Origin: Octopus vulgaris
Taxonomy: Eukaryota
DNA length: 64,000 nt
Reading direction: 5' to 3'
Assembly (NCBI GenBank): GCA_951406725.2
Contig: OX597834.1
Location: forward strand, 6,696,001-6,760,000
Notes under the pieces: model-generated
What the model saw: only the letters and a program-made list of their open reading frames with translations
Told to the model about the DNA's origin: nothing
The model's database searches: none
Shown: positions 52,246 to 64,000 of the stretch, in pieces
Position numbering within the stretch: position 1 is the stretch's first letter
How the letters are laid out: each line of letters starts with the position of its first letter
Position numbers and translations under genes: made by a program

Positions 52246-53074
52246 ATGCTCAATGGATCAGATGGTAAAACATACATCAGAGATCGCCCAACTGAGGAAT
52301 TCAATCTGAAATGCTTGAAAAAGATGGCGCAAGTGGGTGGTAGGGGTGTGATGGTGTGGACAGCATCTAGTAGCTTTGGTGTTGGCCCTCTAGTTAAATT
52401 TGATGGAAAGTTAAATAGTGTAGGTTATATAAACCTACTAAAGGATAATGTTGTGCCATATTTGACTCACCAAATGCCTCCTGGGGCTATTTATCAGCAG
52501 GACAATAGTCCTGTGCACAAAGCCAAAAAGGGTATGGAATTTTTTGATCACCATAATATTGACATAATCGAATGGCCTTCCCAGAGCCCAGATCTGAATC
52601 CGATCGAGAACTTGTGGAATTACGTTTCCAAAACAGTCCATGCTAAAAAAACCATCTAAAACAATTATTCGATTATATCAATGAAATATGGCAAAACATT
52701 CTCATAGAATTTTGTAGTCACTTAGCGTATTCAATACCGAGGCATTTCTCAGCCGTTATCAAGAATAAGAGCTACAGCACAAAGTACTAATATGTATTTC
52801 GTTCTTGTTGCTCATTTTTGGTACAATCTTAAGCTTTAAATAAAATTATAATGATACGGACTTAAACTAATTTTGCCGGTAAATTTGAAACGTTTATATT
52901 AATTTAGCATTAGAATTCTTCAAGTTGTAAAAAAATAGTTATTGTCTTCATCATTCAAAAGAGAAGTAATTTCTGCATTAGGTGTAAAAGATAGAATTTG
53001 TATGGGGTTAGTAACAAAATATTTTGTAAGAAATAGAACTTTTATCATTGGTCTTAAATTTATTTTCGCCAGTG
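52246..53074 (+). mobile_element. Tc1-like DD34E transposon, 3' half with IR-DR-type terminus
   Basis: GGRGVMVW...YQQDNSPVH...WPSQSPDLNPIENLW (34 aa between D and E), frameshift near 52655; ends cagtg|TA; inner and outer direct repeats at ~52858 and ~53050. Confidence 0.9.
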
Positions 53075-53281
53075 TAACTGTCTAGAAAAACTGATGTAAA
53101 TATGATGATGATGATGATGATAACGATACATGTGTGTATGTGTGTGTGTGTGCACTCACAAAAACTTACATATATCTAACCTCACTTAATCATGAATGTT
53201 CTGTTGGAACAAACTGTACTGCAGGAGTACCACGAGAGAAACTCTCATATTGGTTTTTGGTGCAAAATGAATCTTTTTATA

Positions 53282-53436
53282 TAGGTGCGGGCATGGCTGT
53301 GGGGTAAGAAGCTTGCTTCCCAACCACATGGTTCCAGGTTCAGTCCTACTGTGTGGTACCTTGAGCAAGTGTCTTCTACTACAGCTTAGGGCCAACCAAA
53401 GCCTTGTGAGTGGATTTGGTTGATGGAAAGCCTATC

Positions 53437-53484
<48 letters not shown>

Positions 53485-53493
53485 GCATGTATG

Positions 53494-53552
<59 letters not shown>

Positions 53553-53740
53553 TTATGTGTGTGTGTTAGTCCCCCTGCCATTGTTTGGCAACCAGTGTTA
53601 GTGTGTTTACATCTCTATAACTTAGTGGTTCCGCAAAAGATACTAATAGAAGTACTGGGCTTACAAAAAATAAATCCTGACTTACAAAGAATAAGTCAAT
53701 TTCTTCAACTAAAATCCCATAAGACAACGGAAACTAAAAT
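53282..53740 (+). mobile_element. SINE family B, diverged
   Basis: Homology to other B copies. Confidence 0.8.
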
Positions 53741-54307
53741 AATATTTGTCATCGCATTGATGACGATGACGACGATGATGATGACGATTACAACATCATC
53801 ACCACCAACAACAACAATGGTGATGACCACAGCAATGATGATGGCCACACCGCTGATAATGGGGGCTGCAGCATTGATGGTGGCAATAATTACCAAAATA
53901 TTGGTGACAAAAATGATTATGATGTTAATGATGATGTTGATAATGACAATTTTAATTTTTTATATTTAATTTAATTCTATTTCTTTATTTTTATTCTATT
54001 TTATTTGTATCTTATTTTTAATTTCAATTGTAATTATTTTATTATATTTTTATTTTATTTTTATTTCATTTTAATTTTTAACATTTTATTTTCATTTTTG
54101 ATTTTTATTTTTATTCTGATTCTTTATTTTTGATTTGACTTTGATTTTAATCTTTTATTTTTATTTTTATTTTTATTTTATTCTATTTTAAATTTATTTT
54201 GGCTTTAATTTTTATTTCATTTTATCTTAATTTTTAACCATTCCAATCTTTATTTTTTTATTTAATTTTAATTCTAATCTTTTATTTGAATTTATATTTT
54301 AATCACA

Positions 54308-54520
54308 TACTCTTTTACTCTCTTTAACTTGTTTCAGTCATTTGACTGTGGCCATGCTGGAGCACCGCCTTTAGTTGAGCAAATCGACCCCAGAACTTAT
54401 TCTTTGTAAGCCTAGTACTTATTCTATCGTTCTCTTTTGCCGAACCGCTAAGTTACGGTGACGTAAACACACCAGCATCGGTTGTCAAGCGATGTTGGGG
54501 GGACAAACACAGACACACAA

Positions 54521-54613
<93 letters not shown>

Positions 54614-55097
54614 TGTGGAGGCGCAATGGCCTTGTGGTTAGGGCAGCAGACTCGTGGTCGCAGGATCATGGTTTCGATTCCCAGACTGGGCGTTGTGAGT
54701 GTTTATTAAGCGAAAACACCTAAAAGCTCCACGAGGCTCCGGCAGGGGGTGGTGATCCCTGCTGTACTCTTTCACCACTCTTTCTTCCACTCTTTCTTCT
54801 GTTGGCCTGCTCGCTTAGCCAGCGGGGTGGCGTCATTCGAAGGCTAAAACAATGCGAACGCATTGTGACCAGCGATGTGTAACTACATCTGATGGTCTGG
54901 TCTGTCACGTGATCACGTGATATACATATATACGAAGGGCTTCTTTCAGTTTCTGTCTAGCAAATCCACTCACAAGACTTTGGTCGGCCCGAGGCTATAG
55001 TAGAAGACACTTGTCCAAGGTGCCACGCAGTGGGACTGAACCCGGAACCATGTGGTTGGTAAGCAAGCTACTTACCACACAGCCACTCCTATACCTA
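54308..55097 (-). mobile_element. SINE family B split by a family D insertion
   Basis: 3' half 54308-54615, 5' half 54922-55097. Confidence 0.9.
54616..54921 (+). mobile_element. SINE family D
   Basis: Homolog of 40196-40510. Confidence 0.9.
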
Positions 55098-55631
55098 TAT
55101 ATTTATTTTTCTTCTTTATATTTATTCAAAATTTTGTTTAATCATTTTCGTCGTTAATTTTACTTTCCCATTTTTATTGTAAGTCTATATCTTTATCCAT
55201 TGTTTCCATTCTCATTTATTTGCATTCCTGATTTGAACTAATTTCTCAAGAATGGTTTTCAATGCCAAGGTTTGGTGTTAGACTCTCCATTAATTTCCAG
55301 ACATAAATGACTGACTTCATGTCTTATTAGGAAAGTAATTATTCCACACCATTTCTTTGGATTCCTTCCAATTCAAAAGTGAGCTTGGCACGATGTGAAG
55401 ACATTAGCTGGGAGCAATAATCCAGCCAGTCAAGGAAAAACCATGATCTCTTCAGTTCTTCTGTCTCTGTTTTGAACGAGTTCTGTAAGAATCTACATCT
55501 TCTGCTTGTTTCATTGAAGCCAGGAAAAAATCTTGCAACACAGAAAGAAGAATTACCAATGTGAAGTTGTTGATTGAGAAATAATTACATAACATAGGCA
55601 CAGGTGTGGCTGTGCGGTAAGAAGCTTGCTT

Positions 55632-55864
55632 AAGGTGGAGAGCTGGCAGAAACGGTAGCACGCCAGGCAAAATGCTTAGTGGTATTTCGTCTGCCGTTAT
55701 GTTCTGAGTTCAAATTCTGCTGACGTCCACTTTGCCTTTCATCCTTTCGGGGTCGATATATTAAGTACCAGTTACGCACTGGGGTCGATGTAATCAACTT
55801 AATCCGTTTGTCTGTCCTTGTTTGTCCTCTCTATGTTTAGCCCCTGGTGGGCAATAAAGAAATA
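55632..55864 (+). mobile_element. SINE family A inserted in a B head, 14-bp TSD
   Basis: taagaagcttgctt on both sides. Confidence 0.9.
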
Positions 55865-56440
55865 AGAAGCTTGCTTCCAAACTAATTCTTCAAGATGGTG
55901 CTTCCGCATGGCCACAGTCTAATGACTGAAACCAGTAAAAGACAAAAGATGAAAGAAGATTCTGTTACAAGTCAAGGTCTTCCCCCTTAACTGCCCCCTT
56001 TTTATCCCTCAAGACTTTTCTGCAGTCCCCTGGATCTCTTCTTCAATTGGCAATATTCTTCTTCAATAAGGAGCCATGAGCAAGCAGAATCAATAACACA
56101 CTGGGCAGTTTGTCTGTCTTTGCATTCTTGGTTCAAATTCCACCAAGACCTCTCAACACTTCAGGGTCAATAAAATAAGTACCAGTTAACCAATGGGGTT
56201 AATGTAATCAGCTTACCTGCTTCCTTGAACTTACTGGAATTACAACCATGTTTCGTGGTCTGCTACTTCAACGGCTCCTTTAAAGGATCCAGTTTGCTCA
56301 AGACATCATCAGGAGGAACCACGTCTGGTTCCAAATTCTGAAACCAATAGTCTCCTTCAATTAATATTTTAACGATGCTAATTACTATTTGCTGATCAAT
56401 ACTGGACTATTGAGCTATTCGTGATTGGTTTTTAGTCATT

Positions 56441-56897
56441 AGTTAAGTTAAGTTAATTATTTGGCTCAAAAAGCAAAAAGCAAGGCCATGTAGGGGGACA
56501 TGGAGTTATGTACAGGGAGGATGTTCATGCAAAGAGTTCAGGCCATTTCTGGTCAAGAGAGACTTTGAACCGAGCAGTCATCGGCATCTTCACTATCTCG
56601 TCCGGCAGCTTATTTCCATGGATCCGCAACCCGGATGGAGAAAGCCCCTCTCCTTCGATTGGGATGAAATCGTCACAGATAGAGCTTTTTGGAGTGACCC
56701 CACAGCCGACGCTGTGGAGCAGGAGTGAAGAACAGCTCTTTTGAGAGGTTACTCTTTCTGCTTATGATGTTGTGAGCGAGAATGAGATCACCACGGCGTC
56801 GTCGTTTTTCTAGAGAATAAAGGCCGAGCATCTTCAGCCTTTCTTCATAAGACAAATGCTTGAGACCAAGAACCATGCAGGTAGCCAGCTTCTGGAC
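56441..56897 (-). mobile_element. CR1-clade LINE 3' end
   Basis: GLKHLSYEERLKMLGLYSLEKRRRRGDLILAHNII...RRLWGHSKKL; (TAACT)n tail. Confidence 0.9.
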
Positions 56898-57559
56898 TTG
56901 ATATAAGTTGATGACTTACCCCTACTTGTAAATTTATCGGCATCATTTTTTAATGATTTTTCAGTGTTGTGCTTTGTTGAATTAAAGTTACAATTAATGA
57001 AATTTAGATATGTATCTGAAAAGAATAGAAAACATATAATTACAAAAAAAATTTTTTAAATCAAATGGTTGGTTAAAAACGCTTTGTGGGTTACTGTGTA
57101 ATAGATGTGTGTATTCATCTATCTGTCAACCTAGCTCTCTACATTGTTGTTTGTGTTGATATAATATGTGTGTGTGTGTGCGTGTGTGTATTAATATGTG
57201 ATGCTTTTTATTTATGTATTTATTTACTACTACTATTTTTTTTTAATCTCAAAATAAATAAATGTCTGTGCAAAATGCCATTGTTGCAAATTTCAGGGAA
57301 GACAAAAAAATATTTTCAGCTTCAATGAATCATATTTGCATATTATAAACGTTTACCTAGATTCTTTTAGAAAATCTTTTTTTTTTCTTACTTCTACTGA
57401 GAATTTCTGACTCTCTGCTTCATTGAAGACAATGAATGCCAATAATTTCTACAAATCAATGGTTTTTGTGGAAAAGGTATTTTTACAATTTTCCAGATGT
57501 TATACATTGATATACAAACTGAATGCTTATGACTTCGGGCCCCTAGCAAATGATTCGGA

Positions 57560-58589
57560 AAGCATGCGTTTCATTGTGGATATTTCTTCGGAGGCGTAAA
57601 AGCTGTAATTCTAATATTTAGGACAGCTGAGAATAAATGCAAGCGTTCAAAACTCCCATCTTTCTTGTACAGAGTAATACCAAAAGGGTTCCCTAGACGA
57701 GTTATGTAGTACACCAACAGGTGGCAGCACTTGTGCAGTGAGAGGTAGCAGTGACTTTCGTGAGTCAGTGTGTTGACTGACATTGCAGTGTTTATTTTGC
57801 GAATTGTGAAATTTGTGTTTTTGTGATCACGTGTATGCTGTAGTCTGGGGTTTTTATCATGGACAGGGAAGTTGGAAGAAAGGGCCAACGGGAAATTTTG
57901 CGTAAAACATGGGAAGTCTGCTATAGAGACATTGACCATGTTTCAGCAAGCTTGCAACAACGAGGCACTTGGTTGAACACAGTGTTTTGGGTGGCATGGG
58001 TGTTTCAAAAGTGGAAGAACATCCTTGGGAGATGATGAGTGGTCTGGAAGATCTGCCATGGCCACCACCCCAGAAATGTAGAGAAAATTCCTCAGCTCGT
58101 GCATGAGGATCGGTGGGGGACAATCAATGATGTTTTTGAAGCATTTGAGGAAGGACATTCGGTGACAGCAACTGGATCTGTGGAGCCCAAAGAATTTGGA
58201 TTCTTCACGATGATAATGCACCCTGTCACTGAGCTCTCCTCACTCATGAGTTTCTCACCAAAAACACCTTGGTATCATTTTCACACCTGCCCTATCTATT
58301 TACCAGATTTAGCAGCGGCAGACTTCCATCTCTTCCTTAGGATGAAAATGTACCTCAAAGGTCACCAGTTTAACACTGTTGTCAAGATACAAGAGGCAGT
58401 CACAGAAGGTCCTTGGCTCACTCATAGAAAACGACTTTGAGGCTGGATTCCAAAAGTGGCAGGAACACCAGAACTTGTGTATTGCTGTTCAAAGAGACTA
58501 CTTCGATGGAGATGATGGTAAAACTTCAGTAAATAAGTCATTTTTGATTAAACATTACTTGTCTGGGAACTTTTTGATACCATTTCATA
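57560..58589 (+). mobile_element. Decayed mariner (irritans-like), internally deleted
   Basis: QRANGKFCVKHGKSAIETLTMF...FKSGRTSLGDDEWSGR; HDNAPCH; DLAAADFHLFLRMKMYLKG; TIR-like ggaactttttgataccatttcata. Confidence 0.85.
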
Positions 58590-58818
58590 TAGTGTTTAAG
58601 TTCTGAAATCTTGGCCTTGTGCCAATATTTGAAACAAATATTTTCTTCCAAACGTATTCTTCAACTTTATAAACCTCCTGTTGTCCCTTCAATGGAAAGC
58701 CTTCATCACATTTAGGATGGTATCTCTGTTGATTTTCTTTCTCTCTTTGATTGAGTTTAAAATGAAATTTCTAGCGTTATTGCCTCTGATTTCATAGTTA
58801 AACTTCCACCCTTCTTGC

Positions 58819-58978
58819 ATCATCATCATCATCATCATCATCATCGTTTAACGTCCATTTTCCACGCTAGCACGGGTTGGATGGTTCGACCGGAGTCTGG
58901 GAAGCCAGGGCTGCACCAGGCTCCAGTCTGATTTGGCAGTGTTTCTACAGCTGGATGCCCTTCCTAACGCCAACCCAC
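58819..58978 (-). mobile_element. SINE-like family E, 3' part
   Basis: Homology to other E copies. Confidence 0.85.
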
Positions 58979-59685
58979 TATATTATTTCTTTATCTGTAT
59001 TCTCTAAATACTTCTACCGTTGTTGGTCTGCCATTAGTTTCATTGTTCTAAACCACACTCCATTCAGGCTTACTAAGTGACTCATCTTTCTGAAAATTCT
59101 TCTCAATTTACTATCATTATCTTCTACAAGAACTATTTCTGCTCTTCCTCTTTCTTTCTTTGCATATCTATTTTACTAAACAATCTTTTCCTATTTCTCA
59201 AATATAAATGTTATCTTAGTTCTGTTTAATCTTGCCTTGATCCTTTTAGGATTTTTAGGGTAGCTTTTCTTTAAATATCTATATTGTTTTGCTTTCCCTT
59301 TTCTTTTTTGAATATCCCATCATATTAAGTGGCCGCTCACAGCCTCTTTTATAACTAGATTCTTGTAGCATTGGATGGAATGACTTTCAATAAATTTTTA
59401 GAAAATATCATTTATCTACAATCTCACTTTTAAAATAATATTCATATGCTTCAAGTCGTAAATCTTTTGATAGCAAACTAGCAAAAAAAAACAACAAAAG
59501 CAATATGGTCTTAGTTAAAATAAATCAGTTGGTTCTTATCAAAGAGAAGAGGCTGACATCAGGCAAAGATGATGGATCAAAGTACAGTACTTTAAAGAAG
59601 TACAACATGTGTGTTATCATTCGATGTCTAAAACACTCAAACTCCAGGGGAGATGAGGCATGAGACAGCGGGAAGCAAAAATGAA

Positions 59686-60096
59686 TACTCTTTTACTTGT
59701 TTCAGTCATTTGATTGTGGCCATGCTGGAGCACCGCCTTTAGTCGAGCAAATCGACCACAGGACTTATTCTTTGTAAGCCTTGTACTTATTCTATTGGCC
59801 TCTTTTGCTGAACCTCTAAGTTACGGGGACGTAAACACACCAGCATCGGTTGTCAAGTGATGTTGGGTGGGGGACACACACAGACACACAAACATATGCA
59901 CACACATACATATATATATATATACACATATACGACGGGTTTCTTTCAGTTTCCGTCTACCAAATCCACTCACAAGGCTTTAGTCGGCCCGAGGCTATAG
60001 TAGAAGACACTTGCCCAAGGTGCCATGCAGTGGGACTGAACCTGGAACCATGTGGTTCGTAAGCAAGCTACTTATCACACAGCCACTCCTACACCT
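59686..60096 (-). mobile_element. SINE family B, full length
   Basis: Homology to other B copies. Confidence 0.9.
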
Positions 60097-60509
60097 AATG
60101 TCTATGACAAATATTAAACTTAGACATATTTAGAAATTTGTAGAGATTTTATTATAAATGAGGAAAAATGTCTGCTAAAGTGTAAAAGTGCAACTTAAAG
60201 AATAAACATGGAAAATTGAAAAGGAAACTGACCTTACATCAAATGTTCTGTTTCTATAAACTGATGGAAGCTCAACAACAAATTGTATTTGATGCACAAT
60301 GCATAAGCCTCTCTGCAACACAGCAAAGACGATCATGCAAACAACAAATAAGAACTCAAAAGACAATAGAAGTACAACTACAGAAGCGGCAACATGCCAA
60401 CAAGACAAGGCAGTGCTGCAAGTAAATAAATAAGTTGTGTCCAACCCATGCTAGCATGGAAAACAGACGTTAAATGATGATTATGATGATGATGACGATG
60501 ATGACGATG

Positions 60510-61109
60510 ACGGCAAGCTGGCAGAATCGTTAGCACGCCGGGCGAAATGCTTAGCAGTATTTCGTCTGTCGTTACGTTGTGAGTTCAAATTCCGCCGAGG
60601 TCGACTTTGCCTTTCATCCTTTCGAGGTCGATAAATTAAGCACCAGTTGCTTCGTGGGGTCGATACAATCGACTTAATCCGTTTGTCTGTCCTTGTTTGT
60701 CTTCTCTGTGTTTAGCCCCTTGTGGGTAGTAAAGCAATAGGTATTTCGTCTGCTGCTACGTTCTGAGTTCAAATTCCGCCGAGGTCGACTTTGCCTTTCA
60801 TCCTTTCAGGGTCATAAATTAAGTTACCAGTTACGCACTGGGGTCGATATAATCGACTTAATCCATTTGTCTGTCCTTGTTTGTCCTCTCTGTGTTTAGC
60901 CCCTTGTGGGTGGTAAAGAAATAGGTATTTCGTCTGCCGTTACGTTCTGAGTTCAATTTCCGCCGAGGTCGACTTTGCCTTTAATCCTTTCGGGGTCGAT
61001 AAAATAAGTTACCAGTTACACACTGGGGTCGGTGTAATCGACTTAATCCGTTTGTCTGTCCTTGTTTGTCCTCTCTGTGTTTAGCCCCTTGTAGGTAGTA
61101 AAGAAATAG
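60510..61109 (+). mobile_element. SINE family A tandem trimer inside (GAT)n
   Basis: Units start gtatttcg at 60557, 60741 and 60925 (period 184); array ends aaatag at 61109. Confidence 0.93.
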
Positions 61110-62451
61110 ATGATGACGACGATGACAACGATGATGATGATGATGATGATGATGAAGTTTACACAAATAATAAAATCACAGAATGAGCCCCGAATTCACA
61201 TGAGGACTCCATGGAAACAAGCAACCGACAATCGAGTCACAATGGATATGAATCATAATTCTTTATTCAACAACAAAGAGGCCAAAGCATTTATCACAAC
61301 AGATTAATTAGAGTTAACACTGAGGCAAAATCTAATGTAAAAAAAAAAAAAAGTGGAGATAGCAGAAGGATTTGATAATAAAAAATCAATAAGCAGAGAC
61401 CATGAGAATTGTTGCCCAAGTTACCAAAAAAAAAAAAAAACATTTCAAGTAACCTCAAGTAAATAATATATAAGTACAAGGACCTTCATGAAATGATGTC
61501 CCTTAAAACAAACCTGAATATCAACACAGTTTAATCCATTTGGTAGTCATGGCATTGTCAAGGGAAATCAGGATCAATCCTAATAGAGTAAGACCCTCAC
61601 AGCAAAATCTGACTTAAAACTTTGGTAGGAGAAAAGAAAATATGTTATGTAAAATTGTAAGAAGAGAAAAGCAACGAAAGAAGCTATTTTTCCTCAGGGA
61701 AATAAAAAGGAAAAAAGATAAAAATTATTTTTTCTCCTTGAAAGGGGAAAAAAAAATGACTTAAGTAAATCTTATCAAGAAAGTGATGGCGGATAAGATG
61801 TTTGGAAAATTCTATCGTGAGAATAATTCATTTGAAACAAAATACAAAAAAAAACATTTTATAAAGATATCAACAACAATAACAACAGCAACAACAACAA
61901 CAACGAAAATAAACAGTTGATGTCATTCCAACATAAAAGAAATGAAAACACATTGGAAGAAAATATGAAACAAAAGCACAGAGCACAATCAAAGCGCCGA
62001 GTCTGTGGAAAGGATAAATAAACTGGAATAACACCAAAAACATGGATCAACAGAACCATTGAGGAATTGGGCAATGTAATATAGATTACAAGTGGGAATC
62101 TCACAAAATTGACAGTGTCCTCAATTTCTTGATGAATTCATAGAAACTTTGGCAACAATATTCAATGAATGTGTTAACAGACCAGAATTCCCAACAGAAT
62201 GGTTACTTTTGGAGAAAACATTATTATTTCTGCAAAACAAACCAACTGTAAATATTTATTTATCGTGTTTTTGTTTCTCTCGCTGTCTTCCAAAAAATTT
62301 AGGGAACTGGTTCTGAAAATGCCATTAATTTTTTTCTGTAACCAAATGTTTCAAAAGTTATGCTTATAATAGTGATATTTGAGTTTTTGGAGAATTGCGC
62401 CGTAATAAACAGTCCTTTTAACTGCACATCAAGAATTATATTTTCATATAT

Positions 62452-62857
62452 CTCTTTACTCTTACTCTTTACTCTTTTACTCTCTTTTACTCTTTTACTT
62501 GTTTCAGTCATTTGACTGTGGCCATGCTGGAGCACCGCCTTTAGTCGAGCAAATCGACCCCGGGACTTATTCTTTGTAAGCCAAGTACTTATTCTATTGG
62601 TCTCTTTTGCCAAACCGCTAAGTGACGGGGACGTAAACACACCAGCATCGGTTGTCAAGCAATGCTAGGGGGACAAACACACACATATATATATATATAC
62701 GACAGGCTTCTTTCAGTTTCCGTCTACCAAATCCACTCACAAGGCATTGGTCGGCCCGGGGCTATAGCAGAAGACACTTGCCCAAGATGCCACACAGTGG
62801 GACTGAACCCGGAACCATGTGGTTGGCTAGCAAGCTACTTACCATACAGCCACTCCT
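62452..62857 (-). mobile_element. SINE family B, full length
   Basis: Homology to other B copies. Confidence 0.9.
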
Positions 62858-63131
62858 ATCTAAATCATATTTTTATGTTTCAGATCGATTTCTTGAGCTG
62901 TGAATTTTAGCATCATAGAATATGGTAAGTAGAAAATGCAATAATCCATCAGATCCATTCTTATGTCTGTGGATATGTTGGAACTGAACAGGTAACACTT
63001 AGAATAGTGAAAAGAGTCAAATTCTGTATAAAATGTAGAACAGTGTTTTTCAACGATATTCCACCCCCACCTCACCCAGAAAAATACATGCCCCCACCAA
63101 TGGTTGGAAAACAAAAACAACTTTATTTTTA

Positions 63132-63520
63132 GCATGGCTGTGTGGTAAGAAGCTACCTTCCCAATCACAAGGTTCCAGGTTCACCCCCCTCTGTGTGGCA
63201 CATTGTGCGAGTGTCTTCTACTATAGCCTTGGGCTGACTAAAGCCTTGTGAGTGGATTTTGTAGACAGAAACTGAAAGAAGCCCAATGTGTGTGTGTGTG
63301 TGTGTGTGTGTGTTGCTGTGTCTGTTTGTTCCTCCATCACTGCTTGGCAACTGGTGTTGGTATGTTTACATCCCTGTAACTTAGCAGTTCGGCAAAAGAG
63401 ACCGATGGAATAAGTACTAGGCTTCAAAAAAAGTCCTGGGTTCGATTTGTTTGACTAAAAGCCCTTCCAAGGCAGTGCTCCAACATGGCCACAGTCAAAT
63501 AGCTGAAACAAATAAAAGAA
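63132..63520 (+). mobile_element. SINE family B, diverged
   Basis: Homology to other B copies. Confidence 0.8.
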
Positions 63521-63817
63521 TAACAAAATAGAAGAATATATATTTTCGTTAAAGATATATCCACCCCAGGGCATTAGTATAGGTCTATACTGTAGCAAAC
63601 AGTATGCTTGGTTGGAGGGATTGGTTTACCTAGGCTGAGTATAAGTGTAGTACGTTTGCTGTGAAAAAGTAGATTTTCACAATTCCATGTCCCACTAAGA
63701 ACAAAAAAAAAACAAGAAAAATTGTTGGATCTCATGCCCCACCACAATTTTCCTAGGCCCCACCGGTGGGGTACATGCTCCACATTGGGATCACTGATAC
63801 GGACATCATTACATATA

Positions 63818-64000
63818 TATTTCTTTATTGCCCACAAGGGGCTAAACAATAGAGGGGACAAACAAAGACAGACAAAGTGATTAAGTCGATTACATTGACC
63901 CCAGTGTGTAACTGGTGCTTTATTTATCGACCCCGAAAGGATGAAAGGCAAAGTCGACCTCGGCAGAATTTGAACTCAGACTGTAACAGCAGACGAAATA
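63818..64000 (-). mobile_element. SINE family A, running off the window edge
   Basis: Homology to other A copies. Confidence 0.88.

Noticed and set aside
56236-56400. Minus-strand exon-like segment (NLEPDVVPPDDVLSKLDPLKEPLK*)
   Set aside because: Stops in all three frames before the donor site; no recognisable homology
60557-61109. CRISPR-like or satellite reading of the 184-bp arrays
   Set aside because: No unique spacers; the units are SINE bodies in a eukaryotic context
63041-63796. Possible hAT element (cagtgtttttcaa...ttgggatcactg)
   Set aside because: TIRs are imperfect and the flanking 8-mers do not match

Overview
Very AT-rich eukaryotic DNA, almost entirely non-coding. It most likely comes from a coleoid cephalopod (Octopus-like), which I infer from the SINE families and microsatellite load and have not verified. 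No host protein-coding gene can be supported, and most ORFs in the track are microsatellite artefacts. The window is a mosaic of: (i) at least five SINE-like families, about 40 copies; (ii) LINE fragments (CR1/L2-group, RTE, and an (AAT)n-embedded family); (iii) decayed Tc1, mariner, DD41D, hAT and Helitron DNA transposons; (iv) long micro/minisatellites; (v) many short Penelope-like terminal fragments next to (TA)n tracts. Two signals stand out. First, about ten type I hammerhead ribozyme (HHR) motifs were read by eye; five sequence-unrelated ones cluster within 2.1 kb (2466-4586) among nested inverted repeats, and three of those have canonical cores. Second, a tRNA-derived SINE forms head-to-tail ~184-bp multimers with the same AG|GT junction at independent loci, which suggests a multimeric or circular RNA template. 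Coordinates were counted by hand and may be off by a few bases.
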